Shown piece by piece: positions 21,167 through 31,419 of a stretch of 64,000 nucleotides of DNA (positions are counted from its first letter, which is position 1; each line of letters opens with the position of its first letter). Below the pieces are notes generated by a model. It made no database searches. It was not told the origin of the DNA and saw only the letters and a list, made by a program, of their open reading frames with translations. The stretch is from Candidatus Poribacteria bacterium (lineage in GTDB: Bacteria; Poribacteria; WGA-4E; JAJDTR01), in contig CBDCTK010000002.1 of NCBI GenBank assembly GCA_965222225.1, forward strand, positions 1,248,001-1,312,000, in the 5' to 3' direction. A program made the translations under genes and the position numbers.

Positions 21167-22312
21167 ATGGCGCAAAAGCGTGACTGCTACGAAGTATTGA
21201 GCGTTGGTCGCAATGCAACTGAAGACGAAATAAAAAAAGCATATCGCAAACTTGCTATCAAGTATCACCCGGACAAGAATCCTGGAAATAAAGACGCCGA
21301 AGATAGCTTCAAAGAAGCGACTGAAGCCTATGAAATTATTCGAGACCCTAACAAACGTAGTCGGTACGACCAGTTTGGACATGCAGGTCTTGAGAGAATG
21401 ACGGGTGGTTCAGGTATTGATTTCGGCAACTTCGATGATATTGTCGGAGACATCTTTGGAGATCTCGGCGATGCCTTCGGGTTTGGAAGTTCGCGGCGAA
21501 GGACCGGGCCTAGGCGCGGTCAGAGTTTACAATACGATTTGGAGATTTCCCTAGAAGATGTTATCCATGGAAAAACTACCACTATCGAGGTCCCTCGGCT
21601 TGAAACCTGTACAAGATGTAATGGAAATCGGGCCGAGCCGGGATTTCGACCTGAGACGTGTCCGGAATGCCGTGGACACGGGCAAGTCACGCATTCTCAG
21701 GGATTTATTACGATGTCGCGGATCTGTGGGCATTGCCACGGTGAAGGTCGTGTTGTAACTCATCCTTGTGGCGCATGTAACGGACGCGGCGTCAGTCGTG
21801 CGACACGAAATATCAAGGTTGGTATTCCTAAGGGTGTTGATACCGGGTTTAAAATCCAATTGCGTGGCGAGGGTGAAGCTGGCACCAATGGAGGCCCCCC
21901 GGGAGACTTGTTTGTCGCCATTCATGTGCCGCCCCATGATACCTTTACCCGCGAGGAAAACGACCTAATCACATCAGCCAAAATCTCCTTTGTACAAGCC
22001 GCTCTAGGTGCAGAGATTCAGGTGCCGACTGTGGACGGGGCGGAAAAATTGACAATTTCACCGGAGACACAGTATGGCCAACAGTTTCGCATACGAGGAA
22101 AGGGCATTCCCTACTACAACCATTACGGATCCGGCGATCTGATTGTCCAAGTGAGGATTCAAACACCAACCAAATTAACGCCCCAAGAGCAAGAGATTTT
22201 GTCGCAATTTGCTCATCTGCGTGCCGAACAAGAACATCTTGAGCACGAAAACAGTGGCTTCTTTGACAAGTTATTCCACCGGCATCATGATGACGACGAC
22301 AAAAACAAATAG
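21167..22312 (+). CDS. dnaJ: Chaperone DnaJ
   Basis: HPD J-domain, four CxxCxGxG-type motifs. Confidence 0.97.
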   Translation: MAQKRDCYEVLSVGRNATEDEIKKAYRKLAIKYHPDKNPGNKDAEDSFKEATEAYEIIRDPNKRSRYDQFGHAGLERMTGGSGIDFGNFDDIVGDIFGDLGDAFGFGSSRRRTGPRRGQSLQYDLEISLEDVIHGKTTTIEVPRLETCTRCNGNRAEPGFRPETCPECRGHGQVTHSQGFITMSRICGHCHGEGRVVTHPCGACNGRGVSRATRNIKVGIPKGVDTGFKIQLRGEGEAGTNGGPPGDLFVAIHVPPHDTFTREENDLITSAKISFVQAALGAEIQVPTVDGAEKLTISPETQYGQQFRIRGKGIPYYNHYGSGDLIVQVRIQTPTKLTPQEQEILSQFAHLRAEQEHLEHENSGFFDKLFHRHHDDDDKNK

Positions 22313-22354
22313 CGCGAGACATCAAGATCTTTGGAAAACCTTCAATAGTCGAAC

Positions 22355-23257
22355 ATGAAATGGGTACAACTTACTGTAACAATCTCCCCGGAAGCCTCGG
22401 AAGCTGTTGCCAATCAACTCTTTGATTTGGATGCCCTCGGAGTTGAGATTCGAGATGCCCAACCACCATCCTCCCAATCTACAATCCTTATCTCCTATTA
22501 CCCAATGGATGATTTGGTCGGTGACCGTATCCAAAAGGTTCAGCGATTTATTGATTTACTACCAGAATGGGACCTTCCAGTTGGACAGGCATCAATTACG
22601 CTCAAAGCAATTCAGGATACAGACTGGACAGAAGAGTGGCGTTCCGCATTCCCCCCTAGGAGAATCGGTAATCGCATCATTGTTGCTCCTACTTGGGTTG
22701 AAATTTTGCCCAAACCCACCGAAGTGCTGATTCGTTTAGACCCGGGAATGGCCTTCGGTACCGGACACCATCCAACCACTTGCTTGTCAATCCGCTTACT
22801 TGAGGAAACAATCAAGGGAAATGAGGTGCTTGCCGATATTGGCACAGGTTCGGGAATTTTGTCAATTGCCGCAGCCAAACTCGGGGTGAGACGCGTTGAC
22901 GCGGTCGATCTGGACGAAACCACACTTCCAGTCGCCTCCAAAAATTTCCAGCTAAATGATGTTGAGTCGGTTGTTCGCCTTCAAGCTGGAAACGGACTTG
23001 ATGCATGTGCCGGCGAGTATGATGTTATCATCGCCAATATTTTGACGAAGGTCCTGCTCCCGATGATTCCTGAATTCCCTCAATTTCTAAACGTAGGAAG
23101 TGTGGTTATATTATCAGGGATTATGACGCAAGAAGCGGCGCAAGTTGTAAAAGTATTGAAACTACATCAATTGTTTCCTATCAACATTGAACATGACGAG
23201 GAATGGGTGGGAATTTCAGCAAAATTGAGTGATCGATCTCCGCAACTATATTCGTGA
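22355..23257 (+). CDS. prmA: Ribosomal protein L11 methyltransferase
   Basis: DPGMAFGTGHHPTT, DIGTGSGILS, ANIL. Confidence 0.95.
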   Translation: MKWVQLTVTISPEASEAVANQLFDLDALGVEIRDAQPPSSQSTILISYYPMDDLVGDRIQKVQRFIDLLPEWDLPVGQASITLKAIQDTDWTEEWRSAFPPRRIGNRIIVAPTWVEILPKPTEVLIRLDPGMAFGTGHHPTTCLSIRLLEETIKGNEVLADIGTGSGILSIAAAKLGVRRVDAVDLDETTLPVASKNFQLNDVESVVRLQAGNGLDACAGEYDVIIANILTKVLLPMIPEFPQFLNVGSVVILSGIMTQEAAQVVKVLKLHQLFPINIEHDEEWVGISAKLSDRSPQLYS

Positions 23258-23384
23258 AATTTACGCTCTTTTCCGAAGGTGAGATTCGCATTGAAAAATC
23301 AAAGACCAATCCGAACAAGGAAGAAGAGGGATGGCAACAAGCATTACAGCGATCAATGAAAACATTTAACAAGAAAGTGTTATT

Positions 23385-23612
23385 GTGAATTCGATTCGCG
23401 AGGAAATTGAGAAAGCCATTGTCGCACAGAAGGTCCTAATCGATCGACTATTAATTGGAATCTTGGCGAATGGAGATTTGCCTCTAGACGAGGGTACCTC
23501 GACTAGTATAGATGATGTCCGTAAAGGCGCTCTCGGAAGCCATTCAGACAAAGTTCCAGTGCCTTCAGTTTTCTCCGGATCTCTTCCCCGCAGGCTCAAT
23601 TGGTACATTTAG
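23385..23612 (+). pseudogene. MoxR AAA ATPase N-terminal remnant
   Basis: EIEKAIVAQKVLIDRLLIGILANG, then VKALSEAIQTKFQCLQFSPDLFP in another frame; Walker A eroded. Confidence 0.7.
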
Positions 23613-23663
23613 TGACCCGACCAATAATTACCTTGTTGAGCCATTAATCCAAGGAGGTGCGGT

Positions 23664-24452
23664 ATGGCACCAGAAACAGCCATCCAAAAGCGAGAACAGA
23701 TGACGCGTGATGGTTACTGCGTGATAGATGATATATTGACCGAAGATTTTCTACATCAACTCCGAGAGGAGACTGAGCGGCTAATTGAGGCACACGAACC
23801 CCCTCCTGACTTGAGATATCAGGGTCAACATGTAAACGTACGTGGGACAGACAACACCATCATTCAGAAGTTGCTAGATTGGAAGCCCTCACGTGAAGCA
23901 CTCGAACAACTTGGATTTGGAGATTTCGTGAGCAGTGGAGGAGTAATCATCCTCACGAAGGATCCGGGGGAACCCGCACTGTATTGGCACCAGGATTGGA
24001 TGCGATGGAACGATCCCATTAGTTGCTCTCCATGGCCGCAAACAATGTTTGTGTCCTACTATTTGAGCGATACATCAATTGAAAACGGTTGTCTCAAGGT
24101 AATCCCTGGCACCCATCTTAAGCGAATCCCATTTCACGATCAGCTAGTTCCCGCCCACGAACAGGGAGCTCGATTCGTAGAAGAAGACCATCCGATTATG
24201 TTTAGCGATCACCCGGACGAAGTCAATGTATGTGTTTCGGCCGGATCGCTCGTGCTCGCAGACGCTCGGGTTCTTCACTCGGCACGAAGAAACCTGACAG
24301 ACCATAGAAGAACCCTTATCTTGGCATGGCACAGCCGACCCACCATCTCAGTCCCCGCATATTGGCACGGCGACATTCCCGAGGTAATTCTCAAACGGGT
24401 GGCGAATCAGGATTATCCCGGCTCCCGCATTCCGGGCGAATATCTTCAATAA
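23664..24452 (+). CDS. Phytanoyl-CoA dioxygenase (PhyH) family
   Basis: RDGYCVID, WHQD, NGCLKVIPGTH, LHSARRN. Confidence 0.9.
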   Translation: MAPETAIQKREQMTRDGYCVIDDILTEDFLHQLREETERLIEAHEPPPDLRYQGQHVNVRGTDNTIIQKLLDWKPSREALEQLGFGDFVSSGGVIILTKDPGEPALYWHQDWMRWNDPISCSPWPQTMFVSYYLSDTSIENGCLKVIPGTHLKRIPFHDQLVPAHEQGARFVEEDHPIMFSDHPDEVNVCVSAGSLVLADARVLHSARRNLTDHRRTLILAWHSRPTISVPAYWHGDIPEVILKRVANQDYPGSRIPGEYLQ

Positions 24453-24605
24453 AACGTAGTAACAAAAACAATTGTGCAACAGTTGATGAAGTGGTCCGTC
24501 TCTATCTTCATCGTTGCTCGGCTGAAGCATGATAGGTAAAATAACGGTAAAACCGTTCTCACTTCAATCTTAATTTCTTCACTGTTCAAAGTTTAAGGGT
24601 TTAAA

Positions 24606-25010
24606 GTGGTCCAACATTTCAACCTTGACGAATTGACTGCCTCGGTGTCTCTGCTCTACACTAGCTTGATGGCAATTCTGATTCTGCGCATTCTTTTCAG
24701 GAGTTTTCGGCGAGCCACTAACTACGGCATTGCGATATTAGGGATATTCTTGCTTTTCTCGGCTGTCTGTTTCGCACTTAGACTTCATCACAAAACGCAA
24801 TTTGAGCGACGGACGGTCATCACGTCTGAATCCGACGAGGCGCGGTTTGAACCCTCCGACGCTGCAACCCTCCATTTGACGCTTCATGAGGGTATGGCGA
24901 TTGAAGTTGTTGAACCCCAATCTGAATGGTCCAAAATTGAGAGATGGGACGGCAAAGCCGGTTGGCTAAGAAATTCTGCTTTCGAGACGCTGTCCCTACG
25001 GGGGAGCTAA
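24606..25010 (+). CDS. BatE-like membrane protein with C-terminal SH3b domain (probably truncated)
   Basis: Two TM helices; ARFEPS..LHEG..WSKIERWDGKAGWL. Confidence 0.6.
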   Translation: MVQHFNLDELTASVSLLYTSLMAILILRILFRSFRRATNYGIAILGIFLLFSAVCFALRLHHKTQFERRTVITSESDEARFEPSDAATLHLTLHEGMAIEVVEPQSEWSKIERWDGKAGWLRNSAFETLSLRGS

Positions 25011-25040
25011 CCAAACATCTTGATTAAACCGCAGTTGCCA

Positions 25041-25304
25041 TCACGACTTTGGCGTGGAGTCCGCTAATTCGTGACAAAGTGTACAATTGCCGAGGTTGAG
25101 GTGCGGCATGGTGGGCGCTTCCTCCGTTCCAACAAGATGACATTTCAAACAGGCAGCGGGCGCCGTTGACTTATGGTGTGCGGGAATGTTGGATCTTGCT
25201 GGCGCGGCGTTGAAAAACAGAATTACCATGATAATCGCGAAAACCAGTCCGATGATACTGACAATCACCATTAGCGTCCGTGCGCTCGCTTCTTCTGTTG
25301 GCAT
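25041..25304 (-). CDS. Small membrane-anchored diheme c-type cytochrome
   Basis: N-terminal TM; CLKCH and CTLCH, extra His (PAHH, MPH). Confidence 0.78.
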   Translation of the reverse strand: MPTEEASARTLMVIVSIIGLVFAIIMVILFFNAAPARSNIPAHHKSTAPAACLKCHLVGTEEAPTMPHLNLGNCTLCHELADSTPKS

Positions 25305-25336
25305 GTCTTACTCCTATAATGGGGGAAAATCTAAAA

Positions 25337-25816
25337 TTGAAGTGGAAGATTGAAGTTTACTGCAAAGCCGATACACCTGATGCCGTTGGACAAAGCAAAT
25401 TGGAAGACATCGCAGACTCTGGCGTCGCTAGCATTACTTCAGTGCGAACTGCAAAGGTTTATTGGCTCGAAGGCGAGCTTCAGATCCAAGAGGTTATTCG
25501 AGTTTGCTCAGAACTACTCGCCGACCCGGTGACCGAGGACTATGTTTACCAGAAGTCTGACGGCTGTTCAGATACATGGACTGCACAAGACCGTGCGTGG
25601 ATAGTCGAAGTCCAATTAAAGCCTGGGGTTACCGACGCGGTCGGCGACAGTGTAGTAAAGGGTATTCGCGACTTGGGAATCTCGGGGATAAACGCTGCGC
25701 ATACGGGTCAAAAATACTGGATAGATGGAACCTCAAACTCAAGCACAATCGAAGCAGTTGTAAAGCGCCTTTTGGCTAATGAAGTCATACAAACGTTCGC
25801 GATTGAGGGAAAATGA
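25337..25816 (+). CDS. purS: Tandem PurS-like subunit of FGAM synthase
   Basis: Two repeats: DAVG..LLADPVTE and KPGVTDAVG..LLANEVIQ. Confidence 0.75.
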   Translation: MKWKIEVYCKADTPDAVGQSKLEDIADSGVASITSVRTAKVYWLEGELQIQEVIRVCSELLADPVTEDYVYQKSDGCSDTWTAQDRAWIVEVQLKPGVTDAVGDSVVKGIRDLGISGINAAHTGQKYWIDGTSNSSTIEAVVKRLLANEVIQTFAIEGK

Positions 25817-25926
25817 GGCACTGAAGACTGATTTTGAATATTTTGGGTTTATACCATACAAAATTACCTTAAAATATAGTTCCGGTCAAGGATTAATTTT
25901 GCCAGAATTTACAAATCCAAAAAAAC

Positions 25927-25956
25927 TTGACAAACCTTGACGATGTCGATTACAAT
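25927..25956 (+). promoter_or_regulatory. Sigma70 promoter of tRNA cluster
   Basis: TTGACA-18 nt-TACAAT with A-rich upstream sequence. Confidence 0.6.
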
Positions 25957-26008
25957 ATAGTTGCTTGTTGACTGATACACTGGAAAACTAATCACACACC
26001 TGTATCAG

Positions 26009-26097
26009 GGTCGAGTGGTGGAATCGGTAGACACAATGGACTTAAAATCCATCGCCTGTAAAAAGGTGTGAGGGTTCGAGTCCCTCCTCGACCACCA
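26009..26097 (+). tRNA. tRNA-Leu(TAA)
   Basis: GGTCGAG/CTCGACC acceptor, ATGGA-CTTAAAA-TCCAT, long variable arm, CCA. Confidence 0.95.
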
Positions 26098-26115
26098 TTT
26101 CAATACGCGTCTTGA

Positions 26116-26192
26116 CGCAGGGTGGAGCAGTCTGGTAGCTCGTTGGGCTCATAACCCAGAGGACGTGGGTTCAAATCCCACCCCTGCAACCA
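26116..26192 (+). tRNA. Initiator tRNA-fMet(CAT)
   Basis: C1:A72 mismatch, GGG/CCC anticodon stem, CCA. Confidence 0.95.
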
Positions 26193-26241
26193 TTCAATAT
26201 GGGAAACGTGTTTCGCCGCGCGTTTCCCTTTTTCATATTCT

Positions 26242-26313
26242 GCCGGTGTAGCTCAGTGGTAGAGCACACGACTCATAATCGTGCTGTCCGGAGTTCAACT
26301 CTCCGCACCGGCA
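26242..26313 (+). tRNA. tRNA-CAT, probably elongator Met (Ile2 not excluded); CCA not encoded
   Basis: GCCGGTG/CACCGGC acceptor, CACGA-CTCATAA-TCGTG. Confidence 0.9.
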
Positions 26314-26335
26314 TTTCACTGTCTCCGTTTTCTCC

Positions 26336-26357
26336 GCCGCTGCAAGCGGCTTTTTTT
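26336..26357 (+). terminator. Rho-independent terminator
   Basis: GCCGCT-GCA-AGCGGC followed by T7. Confidence 0.8.
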
Positions 26358-26390
26358 ATGCCTGTTTAGTGTCCTTTATGGAGATATGGC

Positions 26391-27803
26391 ATGAGCATAT
26401 CTTCTCGTTTTCTACAGCGGACCCATCGCTTCATTTTGCAGCATGATATGATTTGCTCAGGGGAAGCCATTGTTGTTGGTTTCTCTGGTGGAGTCGATTC
26501 TCTTGCTCTCCTCGTTGCACTCTACGAATTACGCCATCCCCTTGATTGCCATCTCCACATTGCTCATCTAGATCACCAATTACGTGGAGATTCGACTTCA
26601 GATGCAGAGCTTGTAAAGCAATACGCCAACCTCTTGAAACTGCCATTTACAATTAAAAAGATTGACATACCAGCTCTGATGAAACAGCGGAAACAGTCGA
26701 TCGAAGCACTAGCTCGTAAGGAGCGCTATGAATTTTTTGAAACTGTATCCAAGAAGATTGGGGCAACAAAGGTCGCATTAGGACATCAGCGCAACGATCA
26801 GGCAGAAACAGTGTTGATGAATCTATTACGAGGAGCCGCTCTTACGGGGTTGAGAGGCATACTTCCCATCCGAGATGGCAAATTCATCCGTCCCCTGCTT
26901 GATTTTTCACGGACGGAAATCGAGGAATTTGTCGCCGAACAGGGGTTGCAGCCGTGCGAAGACTCAACCAACTGGGATCGAAACTTTCTGCGCAATCGGA
27001 TTCGGCTGGATCTTCTCCCTCTTCTCAAACGAGATTATAATCGCAATATTCAGAATACACTGGCTCAAAACGCCGAGTTGTTGCGGGCGGAATCAGACTA
27101 CCTTGAGGACATAGCTCGTAAAGCGCTTGACGCATGCCTCGCAGAGCCAGCTACACATGATGTAGTTATATTAAACCGATTGATGTTCCTCCGACATCAT
27201 CCCGCGCTGCGTCGGCGCATCCTCCGTCTCGCCATCGGTCAGATACAAGGGGATATGAAAGAGTTGGCTTTCAATCATTCTGAATTCATGCTACAATTCA
27301 GCGAGGGTAAATCTCCCAACCGGCAACTCAATCTTCCCAACAACTTGGAATTTCTACGAGCATACAATCAGTTAATCATTCAACGTCCCACAAGCAAGAT
27401 TGGCGAATTTGAGTACACCGTTGCCGTGCCGGGAGACAACAATTTTCCAGCGTTAAATGCAGTAATGGTCGCTACCATTGTTGAGGCGCCAAGTCGCAAG
27501 ACTTCCTACGTGCCTGATGGTAAATTTCAAGCAGTGTTTGATGTCGATCAGATTCAAATGCCGCTCAAAATCCGAAGTCGGCGAGCGGGCGATGGATTTC
27601 AACCATTTGGAATGGGAGGAACAAAGAAAGTGAAAGATTTCTTCATTGATGCAAAAGTACCTCAACGAATGCGACAGTCCATACCGATTCTTGTTACTGG
27701 AGACGAAATTTTGTGGGTCGTTGGACACCGCACGAGTGAAAAATGCAAAGTTAGCAATAAAACAAGGAGATTCCTCCATCTAACTTATTCGCCGGAATCC
27801 TAA
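26391..27803 (+). CDS. tilS: tRNA(Ile)-lysidine synthase
   Basis: SGGVDS, DQAETVLMNLLRG, IRPLL, RNRIR, C-terminal KKVKDFFID. Confidence 0.97.
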   Translation: MSISSRFLQRTHRFILQHDMICSGEAIVVGFSGGVDSLALLVALYELRHPLDCHLHIAHLDHQLRGDSTSDAELVKQYANLLKLPFTIKKIDIPALMKQRKQSIEALARKERYEFFETVSKKIGATKVALGHQRNDQAETVLMNLLRGAALTGLRGILPIRDGKFIRPLLDFSRTEIEEFVAEQGLQPCEDSTNWDRNFLRNRIRLDLLPLLKRDYNRNIQNTLAQNAELLRAESDYLEDIARKALDACLAEPATHDVVILNRLMFLRHHPALRRRILRLAIGQIQGDMKELAFNHSEFMLQFSEGKSPNRQLNLPNNLEFLRAYNQLIIQRPTSKIGEFEYTVAVPGDNNFPALNAVMVATIVEAPSRKTSYVPDGKFQAVFDVDQIQMPLKIRSRRAGDGFQPFGMGGTKKVKDFFIDAKVPQRMRQSIPILVTGDEILWVVGHRTSEKCKVSNKTRRFLHLTYSPES

Positions 27804-27985
27804 CGAGTTCCATAATGTAACATTACGCTAGTTGCCACCGTAATCAGCCAAGAGACATCAACCTAGTTTTGATGACAAATCATGCGATTCAGGCGAAGGC
27901 GTGATTGATTTACTCATCGTTTCTGAAACGAATATAAAAACTCGTTTTCTCTGGAAAAGCCGGTAACTTGAGATAAAACAGAAAA

Positions 27986-28773
27986 ATGCCAATTCTAGTT
28001 AAGTCCCTCGTGGAGATTGTAGACAGGGAGGCATGTATTCGCTGGCTAGCTCGCGACCCGATTCATCATCTTATGTTGTTAGGGGATTTATACCCACCTC
28101 TAATTAATGTTCCCGAGGTTTATGTCGCAACTGAAGTGGGACAACTTGTTGGCATAGGGAGCGTGTTTCGCGGCTTTTCGACGCCGTCGGTCATCATTAC
28201 TGAAGACAATCCAACAGTTCAAAACTCACTTCTGACGAGGATGAATAGACATCTTGAAACCGAGTGGATAACGCTTTCAACCTCTGCTTCGTCCTCAATT
28301 CTCTCTAAATTCGGAAAGCGAATCTATTCTCACACCGAACATCAAATGTTGCTTCGTATGCCTATTCCAAAACCAGTGAAACCAGCCCGATTAATTCAAA
28401 AGGGTGAATTCGATGCGTTAAATCAATTTTACAACGAACATCGCGTCGAAGCATGGACGCCGCTGATGTTTGAGATGGGCCCCTCTATGGTGTTTGGTGT
28501 AATGATCGGCTTATTGCAGCTGCCGGCATCCATTTCGTGACACCCTTCATTGCTCAGATAGGCAATGTCTTTACGCATCCCAAATTTAGGGGACGAGGAT
28601 ATGCTACAGCGACAACCGTGGGTGTTACGAATCATTTGCGGCGGATGGGGATTCAAATCATCAGTCTCTTTGTAGTCGCCCATAATACGCCTGCGATCCG
28701 AATCTACGAGCGACTAGGATTTGTTAAAGAGCGAGAACTTGTACTCGCCCACTATGAACCTAAGAGGAATTAA
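27986..28773 (+). CDS. GNAT acetyltransferase, split by a one-base frameshift near 28484
   Basis: ..FEMGP then YGVWCNDRLIAAAGIHFVTPFIAQIGNVFTHPKFRGRGYA..NTPAIRIYERLGF. Confidence 0.8.
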
Positions 28774-28778
28774 CGTTC

Positions 28779-29321
28779 ATGAAGCCTGCAGTGCAGTCAG
28801 TCTTAATCACTGAAGCGCAGATTGAAAAACGAGTTCATGAATTAGGAGGACAGATTTCCAGGGATTATGACAAATCTGATTTGGTTTTGGTCTGCGTTCT
28901 AAAAGGGGCAATCCTGTTCTTCGCTGATCTAATTCGCACGCTTGCTGTGCCAGCCCGTTATGAGTTTGTACAGCTCGCAAGTTATCACAACGATACAAAG
29001 TCTTCAGGCGTGCAGATGATTCAAGGACTTTATCAAGATCTTTTTCGCGCGGACGTACTGATTGTGGAAGATATTGTCGATACGGGAATGACGTTAGATT
29101 TTCTCTTAAATCACATCGGATCGTTTGAACCGACTAGCGTCAAAGTATGCAGCCTACTTGATAAACCTGAGCGAAGAGAAGTGCCTGTCACAATTGATTA
29201 TCTTGGGTTTGAGATTCCGAATACCTTTGTAGTAGGATACGGCTTGGACTACGCCCAACACTACAGGAATTTGCCGTATATCGGAGAATTAGATGGGGAT
29301 TCTGTCGCTTTAGACTCTTGA
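28779..29321 (+). CDS. hpt: Hypoxanthine phosphoribosyltransferase
   Basis: VLKGA, VEDIVDTGMT, FVVGYGLDY..RNLPYI. Confidence 0.96.
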   Translation: MKPAVQSVLITEAQIEKRVHELGGQISRDYDKSDLVLVCVLKGAILFFADLIRTLAVPARYEFVQLASYHNDTKSSGVQMIQGLYQDLFRADVLIVEDIVDTGMTLDFLLNHIGSFEPTSVKVCSLLDKPERREVPVTIDYLGFEIPNTFVVGYGLDYAQHYRNLPYIGELDGDSVALDS

Positions 29322-29642
29322 CACAAACAAACTGTAGGGGCGGGTATAATTGTGGGGGGGGGGGTGCTAGGAATATCTTTATTGTATTCCTAAAGTCTCG
29401 GAATGTATGCCTAGTGGACATTACAACTCAATACTCCGCTTGTAGCGCTGACATGCAAGCGACATCGCGATTGTCATGATGTATTTCACTGATTTTCATG
29501 AATAGTCTTGATGTGGATGTACTTGCTCAAGGAACCACGCAGAATCGGGTATCAAGCATTAGAACTCAATCCTAAGGTGTGCCAAGACAGATCCCCAAGA
29601 CATAGTGACGTGGTAAATCTAGATTGGATCAACCAAATTCTT

Positions 29643-30350
29643 TCACTTCATGAATTCATCAAACTCATCGATTTCCTCGCCCTTGCTACCGGCTGACGTT
29701 TGAGAGGCGTCATTCGCCGCATTAGACTTCGAGACAAATCCGTATATTTCTATCTCCGAAATCTTTGCCGGAGCATTTACGTTCCCGCTATACGTCCTCC
29801 AGCCGCGGATGTTTTGGACATTCTTGCGACGTTGGCCCGCGTCATCCGATGTCCGGCGCACTCGAATCTTGACACCTGAAGTATACACCGTCCGATTAAG
29901 CCGGATATCAATAATCTTCTTCTTGTTGCTTTCAACCTCCTTGATCTTCTCCCATCTGCCTTGCGAATCAGTCGTCCAGATATCGAAAGCTTGCAGGTTG
30001 GAAGAGTGAATGATGACGCGATGGATGGATTTGGGGTTTGGGAGAGTAATAATTGACTCGGATTGTGAACCGAAACTCATAACCATATCTCCCGTGCTCT
30101 CCACATATTGGGATTGTCCAACTGTTCTAACGTTCCCGTCAATAATTGCCGGATCGTTTGCCCTTACACCATCGGCTAGGACAAAGTTGCTGCTCCACTG
30201 TTGCTCGGCAGAAAGGCCCTCCAAACCGGAACAGCCACACGATGAAACGACGACTAGCACAACCGTGAAAATCATTATTGTCGATTGAAGATTCATCTGA
30301 TTTTGCTCCCTCCTATTGAGATGGGGCTGCTTGCCGAATAACTGATTCAA
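29643..30350 (-). CDS. Putative lipoprotein, discoidin/galactose-binding-like beta-sandwich
   Basis: Hydrophobic signal with SSCGC; IHRVIIH, ISEIEIYG; true start may be MNLQ. Confidence 0.6.
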   Translation of the reverse strand: MNQLFGKQPHLNRREQNQMNLQSTIMIFTVVLVVVSSCGCSGLEGLSAEQQWSSNFVLADGVRANDPAIIDGNVRTVGQSQYVESTGDMVMSFGSQSESIITLPNPKSIHRVIIHSSNLQAFDIWTTDSQGRWEKIKEVESNKKKIIDIRLNRTVYTSGVKIRVRRTSDDAGQRRKNVQNIRGWRTYSGNVNAPAKISEIEIYGFVSKSNAANDASQTSAGSKGEEIDEFDEFMK

Positions 30351-31359
30351 TGTCGTCTCTAGTCAACCGGCGGACATTGAATTTGAGATTCTCAAAGAAG
30401 GGAACAAGATCCTCCCCCGCAGCCTGACTCATGTAATAAACCAGCATACTCGTCTTCATCTCTCCGGGAAGTTGCTGGTGGTATTTGTCCGCCTCCATAA
30501 GGCGGAAAACCTCAGGATAAAAACCCTCGCCGTAAAGCCTGTAGAGCTCTTTCACAATTGAGAACGAGTAGGCGTAGCCCCACTGCGCATCAACTGACGC
30601 GTGCCCCTTCCACGTTTGTATTGCGTTGACACTGTCCATGTCAAGTTTCATCCTCTCCTGAAGGTCGAGCGATCTGAAATCTCCTCCCTTCGCATACTGT
30701 ATCTGCACGAAAACTGCTATTCCTTCCGTGAACCATGTCGGCAGATAGTAATTGGCTGTAAAAGCATGGGTTAATTCATGCGCTCGTACTTCCCGTTGGT
30801 CAAACATAGCCTTTGGGAAGTGCATCACAATCTTCCCAACTGTTTTCAGCAGTCCGTTGCCCTGAGGAACCGTAGCATGGTGAGATTCTGTTATCGCCCG
30901 CATTGTGGAACCTTCAAATTCTTCATACAGCACAATACCGATACGACGAGTCGGAGGCGCAATGCGAAACAGTTCGTGAATAAACTCATAAAGACTCTCC
31001 ATATACAGCAACGCGCCGTGTCCTACCTCTTGACGTTCTTCGGACTCATCCAAGGAGCTTCTCTTAAGTAAGTCCTCATGAAAAGTTAGTGTATAATGGT
31101 CACTTCCAATCTTTAATCCGTCAGGGGAAACTGCAATGTGAACGTCGGGAGGCGGAAATGTCAGGTAACGCTTGCTTTGCTGCTGCCTAATTTTTTCCTG
31201 TTGGCGTTGCTGCGCCTTCTCAAGCGAGGCACAACTGGAAATGCAGATCGCGACCATAAGAAGCACAAACATGAACTTCCAGTGTTTGTAAGACAAATTC
31301 AGTTTTCTCATCTGCCGTTTTTCCGATTGATGATCTCGAAGGCTGCCACTCAGAGTCAT
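30313..31359 (-). CDS. Lipoprotein zinc metallopeptidase (gluzincin-like)
   Basis: Lipobox ISSC; AHELTH and downstream WFTEG. Confidence 0.72.
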   Translation of the reverse strand: MTLSGSLRDHQSEKRQMRKLNLSYKHWKFMFVLLMVAICISSCASLEKAQQRQQEKIRQQQSKRYLTFPPPDVHIAVSPDGLKIGSDHYTLTFHEDLLKRSSLDESEERQEVGHGALLYMESLYEFIHELFRIAPPTRRIGIVLYEEFEGSTMRAITESHHATVPQGNGLLKTVGKIVMHFPKAMFDQREVRAHELTHAFTANYYLPTWFTEGIAVFVQIQYAKGGDFRSLDLQERMKLDMDSVNAIQTWKGHASVDAQWGYAYSFSIVKELYRLYGEGFYPEVFRLMEADKYHQQLPGEMKTSMLVYYMSQAAGEDLVPFFENLKFNVRRLTRDDIESVIRQAAPSQ

Positions 31360-31419
31360 TCAAGCCAATGCTTCGACCATCAAGCCGTTAGCGCGGGTAA
31401 ACCCTACTCCGAATCCTTC

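Noticed and set aside
26242-26313. tRNA-Ile2 call because tilS is adjacent
   Set aside because: Acceptor has G4/G5 rather than the C4/C5 TilS determinants known from E. coli; elongator Met is more likely
29354-29364. G11 run (and G8 at 16253) as phase-variation tracts
   Set aside because: Intergenic, no clear downstream gene, and homopolymers look unreliable in this assembly
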